Shown here piece after piece: positions 54,901-64,000 of a DNA stretch of 64,000 nt. Position 1 is the stretch's first letter. Every line of letters starts with the position of its first letter. Under the pieces are notes generated by a model, which saw only the letters and a program-made list of their open reading frames with translations, made no database searches and had not been told where the DNA came from. Both the position numbers and the translations under genes were made by a program. The stretch comes from Macrostomum lignano (taxonomy: Eukaryota). The stretch spans positions 64,876 through 128,875 of the forward strand of contig NIVC01001667.1 in the NCBI GenBank assembly GCA_002269645.1. The letters run 5' to 3'.

Positions 54901-56506
54901 AGTCTCCCGATTGACTCTCCTATCTATATCTAGTCTCCCGATTGACTCTCCTATCTATCTTTAGTCTCCCGATTGACTCTCCTATCTATATCTAGTCTCC
55001 CGATTGACTCTCCTATCTATATCTAGTCTCCCGATTGACTCTCCTATCTATATCTAGTCTCCCGATTGACTCTCCTATCTATATCTAGTCTCCCGATTGA
55101 CTCTCCTATCTATATCTAGTCTCCCGATTGACTCTCCTATCTATCTTTAGTCTCCCGATTGACTCTCCTATCTATATCTAGTCTCCCGATTGACTCTCCT
55201 ATCTATATCTAGTCTCCCGATTGACTCTCCTATCTATATCTAATCTCCCGATTGACTCTCCTATCTATCTTTAGTCTCCCGATTGACTCTCCTATCTATC
55301 TTTAGTCTCCCGATTGACTCTCCTATCTATATCTAGTCTCTTGATTGACTCTCCTATCTATATCCTGTCTCCCGATTGACTCTCCTATCTATATCTAGTC
55401 TACCGATTGACTCTTCTATCTATATCTAGTCTCCCGATTGACTCTCCTATCTATATCTAGTCTCCCGATTGACTCTCCTATCTATATTAATATTAGTCTC
55501 CCGATTGACTCTCTTATCTATAGTCTCCCGACTCCTATCTTTAGTTTCCTTTCTGTAGTCTCCCGAATCTAATACATGTATCTAGTCTCCAACTTTACTA
55601 TCTCTAGTCTCCTAAATCATATCTCTAGGTCTCCGACTTTCTTACCTCTAGTCTCCTGACTCGCCGATGCTCATTTCTCATCTCATCACCAGAGCAAAAG
55701 CGCAACTCACCACAGCTGACCCGTCGCTTCTGCCGCCACGATTTGATCATCTCCTGCTGCAGCCGGGTCGCCTCGCGAACGTCCATCACGTCGTCCATCG
55801 GATCGTCTTGGTGCGGCGGCGACAGGGCCTCGTCGGAGGAGGCCTGGTCTCCCGTCACCACCGGGTTGGGCAGCGAGGAGGCAGCCGCGGCGGCGGCAGC
55901 GGCTACCGCGGCCGCGGCTGCTGAAGAAGCCGAAGTGCCTGTCGATGCCGCCACCGACGACTGCTGCTGGGTGCGGGCGGCGTTGGCAGACTGGAGACTT
56001 GATGCCGACGAGGTCAGCGGCAACGGCGCCGCGGCCGCCGCCGACCAGTTTGTAGCGCAGGCGGCGTGCATCGAGGATGTCAGCGGCCCCGCCAGGCTAC
56101 TGCTCGCGGCTGCTGCAGCTGCGGCGGCGGCAGCTGCGGCGGCGGCTGCTGCAGCGGCTGATGGAGTTGAATTCTGTGACTGATGCTGCATCAGCGAGCT
56201 CATATTTGCTGAGTTGCTGAAGTTATAAGCCTGATGCTGATGCTGCTGGTTGTGATGAGGCTGCTGCTGTTGATGATGCTGGCTAGGGTGCAGTGGGTGC
56301 TGCTGCTGCAAAGGAAGCTGATGAAGCGCGCCGGGATGCTGCACGCACAGGCTGCAGAGACAGGGCCCAGCTGACGGATGCTGCTGGTGCTGTGAAAACA
56401 GCAGGTGATGCGGCTGAGCCGGAAACTGGTACTGCGGCTGATTGGCGGCCAGGAAACCTGCACCGGAAATGGGGCTCCAGGAGGACGTGCTAGACATGGC
56501 TGCCAT
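48948..56506 (-). CDS. cdx: Caudal/Cdx ParaHox homeobox transcription factor, 453 aa
   Basis: Exons 56506-55711, 51707-51559 and 49364-48948 join in frame (1362 nt). Homeodomain [48 protein letters not shown]|[14 protein letters not shown] has the Cdx-diagnostic KTRTxDKYR and AKER; the introns sit at the usual Cdx positions (phase 1 before KTRT; ERQ|xKIWF). Confidence 0.92.
49453..50135 (+). repeat. 20-bp minisatellite (GGGACTGTGGGATCTGTTTT), cdx intron 2
   Basis: Direct observation. Confidence 0.95.
51343..51507 (+). repeat. 21-bp minisatellite (CCCGAAACTGCATGACAAATA)
   Basis: Direct observation. Confidence 0.9.
51778..52945 (+). repeat. 31-bp minisatellite (GAGTGAGATAAACTGCAGTGACAGTGAGATA; 22- and 34-bp variants), cdx intron 1
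   Basis: Direct observation. Confidence 0.96.
53560..53890 (+). repeat. Degenerate GGATCCATGGTTTT-based minisatellite
   Basis: Direct observation. Confidence 0.85.
54780..55620 (+). repeat. 31-bp minisatellite (CTAGTCTCCCGATTGACTCTCCTATCTATAT)
   Basis: Direct observation. Confidence 0.95.
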
Positions 56507-56893
56507 TTGCTTTCAGTCAGTGATGAAGAGCTTTTGTTAATTGGGGGAAAACTTTGTATAATTAGAAGTGTCAACAAGGCGGGGAGTTGCGGAGCAAAGA
56601 GAAATTGATCCACAAACCACAATCCAACTGGATATTAACAGGTAGCGGCCAGGTAGTTGAGTTTGTTTTCTCTGCCTTTTCGCTCTCTCTCTCTCTAACT
56701 TGTCTTTCTTCTTTACACAGAGACGCCGACACGGAGCGAGTTGACTGTTTCTATATATTAAGTGAGTGAGACCACTTCAAGTTCTGCGCTCTTGGGCGGC
56801 GGGACCACCTATTTTAACACCCCCCCGCTGTGAGAGTGGGGTGTGGGGTTTCGGAGTCAGAAATTAGAGGGAGGAGGTGCAGGACGGAGGTGG

Positions 56894-57210
56894 GGCGGCG
56901 GTGGCGGCGGCGGCAGCGGCGGTGGCGGCGGCGGCAGCGGACAAGAACAGAAGATCAAAGGAAGCCGCTCGGACGCTATTGGCTCCGCGCGCTGGGTATG
57001 AGGGGGGGGGGGGAGGGGAGGGGAGGGAAGGGCAAGACTGGAGCGCGGCCCTCTAAACTATGAGAGTATCAGTGGCATTATGAGGTGGCGTGGCTTTTTG
57101 ACCGCCGGCCCACCTTTTCCTGGACTTGACTCTCTCCCCCTCTCTCTCTCTCCACCCCCTTTCTCCCTACCCCCCACCCAAGCGCCGGAGTCCGTTTGAT
57201 CTCTGCCGCC
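56894..57210. promoter_or_regulatory. Candidate Wnt-response elements (TCF HMG site + helper site) upstream of cdx
   Basis: AGATCAAAGG at 56952-56961 beside a GGCGGC run (56894-56940); GTTTGATC at 57194-57201 followed 3 nt later by GCCGCC (57205-57210). Confidence 0.4.
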
Positions 57211-57674
57211 TCATTAACAGACGAGTTTGCGGACCAGTGGCCCAGTGCTAGACTGCTAAAGCTAGGCTTGGGGAGGCCTGCCCGCCGGCGTATAACTGGC
57301 TAGGAGCTGATTCAGCCAACCAAAAAAGGGCAGTTCTTCTAAAACCCTTCTAAAGCTGGACTATTGGAATTCTCCGCCCCCGGGTCCCGTTGTGTGTGTG
57401 TGTTGGTCTTGGACCCCCTGTCGGTTTTATATCACCTTTGGTTGGAGCCAGTGGAAGCCAAGCCTTGGGATTTGGCACAGCGCTAGAGAGGGGTTGAGGG
57501 GTGCAGCTGTAAGCAACTGCATCCCCTTCCAAGTTCCTTTCAAGTTCCTTGAAGCCAAGGGGAACTAAAAAAGGCCTTAAAATTCCCCGACGTTACAGAG
57601 TACTTACAGACTAAAGACAAGAAGACCTCCCAAATTTATACTATTGCACTGGACTCTAAAAAGCAGCTGAAATC

Positions 57675-58167
57675 CGAATGACACGCCTGAACTTCAAATG
57701 ACACACTTGGAATCCGAATGAAATAACCGGAATCCGAATGAAACAACCGGAATCCGAATAACACACCTGGAATCCTAATGACACATCTGAACTTTTAATG
57801 ACACACCTGGAATCATAATGGCACGCACACCTGGAACCCTAATGACACACCTGGAATACTAATGACACCTGGAATCCCAATGGTACACCTGAAATCCTAA
57901 TGACACACCTGGAATCCTAATGAAACACCTGAAAACTGGAATCCTAATGACACACCTGAAAACTGGAATCCTAATGACACACCTGAAAACTGGAATCCTA
58001 ATGACACACCTGAAAACTGGAATCCTAATGACACACCTGAAAACTGGAATCCTAATGACACACCTGAAAACTGGAATCCAAATGACACACCTGAAAACTG
58101 GAATCCTAATGACACACCTGAAAACTGGAATCCTAATGACACACCTGAAAACTGGAATCCTAATGAC
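57675..58167 (+). repeat. 21-bp degenerate to 27-bp minisatellite (ACACACCTGAAAACTGGAATCCTAATG)
   Basis: Direct observation; ends flush against the mariner fragment. Confidence 0.92.
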
Positions 58168-58873
58168 GTTAGGTTTGCCGAGTTTCGCAGTGGCCGAGCG
58201 TCGCTTGAAGACGCAGCCCGGCCTGGGCGTCCTGTGACTGTGACTGCCACGTCGGATGCGGACGCAGCTGCTGTGCAGCAGCTGGTGGACGAGGACTCAC
58301 GAGTGACGGTACAGCAAATAGCCACTGTCCTGGGTAACTCATCGGGAAGTGTCACCACAATGCTGCACAAGCGGTTGTGCCTGAGCAAGGTGTCCTCACG
58401 ATGGGTCCCCCATCACCTGACTGAGGGTTGAATGGTGCCGCTCCATGCTGCGCAGGTTCAACGGCGGCAGCTCAAACTCGGTGTCTGAGGTCGTGAGAGA
58501 CCTGGGTGTACAGCTACGACCCTGAGTCCCAGCAGCAGTCGGCGCAGTTTCTGCAGCAGCAGCGAGTGCAGCAGCTCGGCCACTCGCCGTACAGCCCTGA
58601 CCTCGCACCGTGCGACTTCTTCGTGTTCCCTGCGGTAAAGCGGCAGCTGAAAGGAACTCGATTTGAGTCGCCAGAGCAGGCTGTGCAGGCCTTCTGTGAG
58701 CGACTCGAGGGGATCCCGCATTCCGAGTGGTGCAGCTGCTTTGTCACTTGGTTTACGAGGATGCAGAAGTGCATCGATGCTGCTGGGGACTACTTTGAGA
58801 AGTAGCGCACTGGGTTTTAGTTCTTGCTGCTAGTAGCCAGTCGTGTCCGGAAATTTATTGAACCCCCCTCGTA
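58168..58873 (+). mobile_element. Defective mariner (Tc1/mariner) transposon, 5'-truncated and internally deleted
   Basis: RPGRP, SRWVPHHLT, ETWVYSYDPE, YSPDLAPCDF and QKCIDAAGDYFEK* motifs; right TIR (reverse complement TACGAGGGGGGTTCAATAAATTTCCGGAC) ending in TA; no left TIR. Confidence 0.92.
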
Positions 58874-60539
58874 ATTGACCGCTGGTTTAGTCAGTGCAGC
58901 CACGCGGCTAAACGCCGAACAATTTCTGATAGAATATTTAGGGATATTCACAGAGATTTCACTAGAAGCTACCCATATTTTACAATATCAGAAAAAGCAG
59001 CAAACCTATGGGTGAAATTAATAGCGTGGCTGCTGCATACATAATCATAATTTTTGGAATATATAGCTTCATCAGCAGGAGCGCTGAGGCGATGGGGATG
59101 TGTATATAGGAAAAATTCTGAACGGGATTTTCGCACAGATTAAATCCAAAAACTAATCCCAGAAGCTCAAATTGGATTAAGGAAGCAATATATTGAAGCA
59201 TCACTTTTTACGACGCAACTCTCTCCTCCCCTCCCGTTACTGTCCCCCTCCCCCCCAATAAACAGTAATTAATTCTTGCATTTACAGCGCTATAAAATCA
59301 ACACAGCCGTTTGCGCGGTGCAGCGCCTGAGCTCTCAATCCTTCCCGTTAATCCTTGCCGTCCTCGTTGACACTTCGGCTTTGGCCGCGGCTAGACTTGT
59401 ATGGAAGGGACTTGGTAGCTAAGGACGCCTGGGGAACACTTGAAAAGGTACCAGTAGTTGCTAGCCCTAGAAGAGATTCCAAACGGGTTGCTAACGACAC
59501 TAGAGCAGGTACCGATCGAGCCTCGAGCCTCGGGCCTCTAGAGGGGTTCCAATGGGTTCTGTAATCCTGCAGTGTGTGGGATTCTGTAATCTTGCAGTGT
59601 GCGGGTACAGAATTATAGAGATTTTTTACCCCAGCTGAGTATACAAGCAGCTCTATAATAGGATTATAACAAATTCCAAATCTGCATTCAGAAGCGCAAG
59701 ATAAAATTATTTGCAAAATTTCATACGCAACAAGCCTACAAGTTCGAACAAGAGCATACAGCTGCTATCAGGAGTTATGCAACAATTGAAAAAGAATTTC
59801 ATAGATCAAGTGACGTCTATGTAAGTGCAGGGCAATCAATATGGTTTAGAATACTCAAAGCTTTGAGCGGGTATGCATACAACATGCACATCGAGTTCAT
59901 CTCCTCAAATCTGAATCAAGCTTAGTTTCACTTGTTATCGAAATTAGCTTGATATCAACTGACAATGGAGGCAGATTACCTCTACAGGAAGGAAGGTTTG
60001 TGTGTATGCACATTTCTGTTCCAGATAAACAGTTCCGAATTCAGACTCCAGACTCCGCGATGACGATTCACAGTTTCACAAAGGTAAATAAAAATAGATC
60101 TCTAAATGCGCATATACTCGTAGCGGATCACCGGCCCAGCGCTACGTAGTGCGATTATAGAAAGCATGATGAAATGAAAATGAGTACACGAATGTTTGAT
60201 CGAATTTTCCTACCGCAAGTGACGCAATGCAATTCACACCCGCACGCCCCGCGGTTTTCATCTCGTCTTAACTGTGGGCGATGTAATTTGCGTCCCAAGG
60301 CCCTGGCTTAGGCCGAGGAGGAGAGAGTGGAACGCTATGGCCACAGTTGGATTAAAGTTGCCCCCTGTTGACCACTGCATGCTTTCGGCGTTGGAAAAGA
60401 GAAAATGCGAAGTCAAAAAGGAAAGATGAGATGGCAGGAGAAGAGAAGAAAGGTGAGGAGAGGGGAGTTAAGTTAACATTGCTAACAGACGAGAGGGGAG
60501 GACTCGAGGAGAATAGGGAAGAGGAGTCGGGAAAGAAGA

Positions 60540-61530
60540 GTAGAGAAGGGGAAGAGGGGAGAGGAGAAGATAGGAGATGAGAGGAGAGGGGGGAGAGGGG
60601 AAGAGAAGAGAGAAGGAGAGAGGAGAGAAGGGGAGAGGAGAAAGAAGAGGAGAGAAGGGGAAGAGGGGAGAGGAGAAGATAGGAGATGAGAGGAGAGGGG
60701 GGAGAGGGGAAGAGAAGAGAGAAGGGGAGAGGAGAGAAGGGGAGAGGAGAGAAGGGGAGAAGAGGGAAGGGAGAGGAGAGAAGGGGAGAAGAGGGAAGGG
60801 GAGAGGAGAGAAGGGGAGAAGAGAGAAGGGGAGAGGAGAGAAGGGGAGAAGAGAGAAGGGGAGAAGAGAGAAGGGGAGAGGAGAGAAGGGGAGAGGAGAG
60901 AAGGGGAGAAGAGAGAAGGGGAGAGAAGAGAAGGGGAGAAGAGAGAAGGGGAGAGGAGAGAAGGGGAGAAGAGAGAAGGGGAGAGGAGAGAAGGGGAGAA
61001 GAGAGAAGGGGAGAGGAGAGAAGGGGAGAAGAGAGAAGGGGAGAGGAGAGAAGGGGAGAGGAGAGAAGGGGAGAAGAGAGAAGGGGAGAGGAGAGAAGGG
61101 GAGAGGAGAGAAGGGGAGAAGAGAGAAGGGGAGAGGAGAGAAGGGGAGAAGAGAGAAGGGGAGAGGAGAGAAGGGGAGAAGAGAGAAGGGGAGAAGAGAG
61201 AAGGGGAGAGGAGAGAAGGGGAGATATAAGAGAAGGGGAGAAGAGAGAAGGGGAGAGGAGAGAAGGGGAGAAGAGAGAAGGGGAGAAGAGAGAAGGGGAG
61301 AGGAGAGAAGGGGAGATATAAGAGAAGGGGAGAAGAGAGAAGGGGAGAGGAGAGAAGGGGAGATATAAGAGAAGGGGAGATATAAGAGAAGGGGAGAAGA
61401 GAGAAGGGGAGAGGAGAGAAGGGGAGAAGAGAGAAGGGGAGAAGAGAGAAGGGGAGAGGAGAGAAGGGGAGATATAAGAGAAGGGGAGAAGAGAGAAGGG
61501 GAGAGGAGAGAAGGGGAGATATAAGAGAAG
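60540..61530 (+). repeat. 15-bp polypurine repeat (GAGAAGGGGAGAGGA / GAGAAGGGGAGAAGA)
   Basis: Direct observation. Confidence 0.95.
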
Positions 61531-62369
61531 CCTTCTCACAGTCTCACTGTAGGAAGTTGCATTTTTGACACTCGTGAATGCAAAAGCGCCGACGTTGAGT
61601 ACCAAATTTGGGATAGATTGGCTTTGGGCCTGGCTGATAGATAAGTAAGTAAAGCGAGCAAAGTATGCTCAACGCTCAACTCAGACTTGAGCACAGAGAG
61701 GCATGCAGTAGGTCATGGGGGACTCATACGTCAGGGTCAGGGCACTCAAATTTTCGATCGTTGAGCTTGAGCAGCCGTTCTTAAGCCATACCCCGCCGGC
61801 CCCCGCCAGAGAATTTTAAATTTTGAAAAGCTTCTGCTAGTACTAGCCTCTAGGGGAGTAGAAAATATAAATTTTATAGGTAGGTTAGGCAGGTAAGCGG
61901 CAAGGCAGGTCCAGAATCGGATGAATGGCTGCATATATGCTCGTATATGCTCCCCAGCCAGGGGAGGGGGCACAACACACCCACTCACACGAGGCAGAGT
62001 TTTTATGGCTTTATACGACCCGCGTCTGGGGGGGGGGCTGCACCATGGCGTCTCACAGGCAGCCCAGCTACACCCCCCTGTAGTTTAAGGCTTTGTGGCG
62101 GCTTTTGGACCCCCAGGTAGGGGTCATAAAAGTCTTAACGACTCCCGCATGAGGTCCTCTCTCCCAGTAGGGTTAGTGCCTAGTGTCGCTCCTTGAGTAG
62201 TAGGGTTAGTTTTAGCTCTAGTAAGTGTAGTAGAGATCGAAAGCGTTGTGTTTATGCATGTATTCGACGTTTTAAGTGCTCAAAATTATTAGCTATGAAT
62301 TCTATCGATCTAATACTAAGACCTGAGTAGTTAGCACTATTAGGGGCAATTTCTATGTTAAGGATTGGC

Positions 62370-62805
62370 GATTCTTTCATTTCAGGGCGATTTCCATCTT
62401 GTGGATAGGCGATTCTTTCATTGATTTCAGGGGCGATTTCCATCGTGTAGATAGGCGATTCTATCTCATTTCAGAGGCGATTTCCACCTTGTGGATTGGC
62501 GATTCTATCTCATTTCAGAGGCGATTTCCACCTTGTGGATTGGCGATTCTATCTCATTTCATAGTCGATTTCTATTTCGTGGATTGGCGATTCTCTTTCA
62601 TCTCAAGGGCGATTTCTATTTTGTGGATTGGCGATTCTCTTTCATCTCAAGGGCGATTTCTATTTTGTGGATTGGCGATTCTCTTTCATCTCAAGGGCGA
62701 TTTCTATTTTGTGGATTAGCGATTCTCTTTTTATTTCAAGGGCGATTTCTATTTTGTGGATTGGCGATTCTCTTTTTATCTCAAGGGCGATTTCTATTTT
62801 GTGGG
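62370..62805 (+). repeat. 44-bp minisatellite (dimer of ~22-bp GGCGATT-containing halves)
   Basis: Direct observation. Confidence 0.9.
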
Positions 62806-63479
62806 TGATTCTCTGTTACATTGAAACATTTACTTTAAGAAACTTTTAACAATTAATATTTTAAATTTACTATCAAGTTTGCTGAATCGAACACTGACTA
62901 GACTACTGAAATAAGAAAAGATTAGTCAGTAGTATAGTGAGGCAATGATCAGAAAATCTCAAAAGTGAAAATAGCACATTTTCAATTGAAGTGCTTATTT
63001 AACAGTTGAACATGCTCTCCAAATATAATATTTTGCCAGCTTTTTCATTGTATAATTGTACAAATAACAGGATGATACTACTTAGTTACAACGAGTAGGC
63101 AGCTGAGAATTTTAATCATCGAATGCAAGTAGACAAGTAAATATCAGCTTATCTGAAATAAACAGCGCGCAGTCACGGTAAAGCTGATAAGAACGCACAA
63201 ATTTTGGAATGGAAGACAAAAAATAAACAGAAGGTGAACAAACTAATCACAAATAGCAAGTATATAAAGCAACAACTTTTAAAGTCAGAATACATGACGA
63301 AATGAACAAACAAGTGCGAAAAACACTTAGTAAAAATTAAAATAAAGAAAGAAATCTTTCAGATTCATGTTTAATCGTAGATTCAACGGGGAAAATTCGA
63401 TGCAAAATTCTCGCGCTAGAAAGGACTTAAGACAGGGTTCAGGGGTGGATTAGAGGTCAATATAAGGGTAGAGTAGAGA

Positions 63480-64000
63480 CGAATTCATGCTAGATTAGAG
63501 ATGATTTTGAGGGGATATTAAAGACGATTCTTAGAAAGATCAAATACGATTTTTAAGGGAAATCAGGGACGATTCTCAGTGGAGATTAGAGACGACTCTC
63601 AGGGTAGATTAGAGACGACTCTCAGGGGAGATTAGAGACGAATCTCAGGGGAGATTAGAGACGAATCTCAGGGGGAGATTAGAGACGACTCTCAGAGGAG
63701 ATTAGAGACGATTATCAGGGGAGGTTAGAGACGATTCTTAGCAAAGATTAGAGACGACTCTCAGGGAAGATTAGAGACGACTCTCAGAAAAGATTAGAGA
63801 CGATTATCAGGGAAGATTAGAGACAATTCTTAGCGGAGATTAGAGACGACTCATAAGGGGAGATTAGACACAATTCTTAGCGGAGATTAGAGACGACTCT
63901 CAGGGAAGATTAGAGACGACTCTCAGGGGAGATTAGAGACGACTTTCAGGGGAGATTAGAGATGATTATCAGGGAGATTAGAGACGATTCTTAGCGGAGA
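63480..64000 (+). repeat. 23-bp minisatellite (GGGGAGATTAGAGACGACTCTCA), runs off the window end
   Basis: Direct observation. Confidence 0.92.

Noticed and set aside
60352-61605. 417-aa Ser/Pro/Leu ORF and the opposite-strand Arg/Glu/Gly ORFs
   Set aside because: Polypurine/polypyrimidine repeat translations; the same applies to the ORFs at 5.0, 11.2, 29.2, 36.4, 37.9 and 49.5 kb.

Overview
AT-rich eukaryotic (metazoan) genomic DNA with GC-rich exons and introns/intergenic space filled by more than 35 mini- and microsatellite arrays. The poly-Ala/Gln/Ser exons, dense 15-45 bp minisatellites and a retained Cdx gene suggest a macrostomid flatworm such as Macrostomum lignano; this is inference only. 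Spliced genes rebuilt by hand from GT-AG sites and reading frame: (1) type IV diacylglycerol kinase (DGKZ/DGKI/rdgA-like), minus strand, running off the window start; (2) a 4-exon, 357-aa rhodopsin-class peptide-receptor-like GPCR, minus; (3) a 333-aa orphan ORF, minus, head-to-head with (4) a 3-exon, 493-aa type II membrane SAM-dependent (FkbM-like) methyltransferase, plus; (5) a 3-exon, 453-aa caudal/Cdx homeobox gene, minus. Mobile DNA: a 5'-truncated RT-RNase H LINE bracketed by a ~1.7-kb direct duplication, a deleted mariner, three hAT-type MITEs with 8-bp TSDs, a tRNA-like remnant and a Helentron/HINE-like terminal module. There is no CRISPR array, rRNA or prokaryotic system. Most long ORFs in the track are artefacts of tandem repeats. 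The most interesting signals are the giant LINE-flanking duplication, a minisatellite built from an exon end that multiplies optimal TCF/LEF sites, TCF+helper site pairs upstream of Cdx, minisatellites made of 5' splice sites, and candidate DGK microexons.
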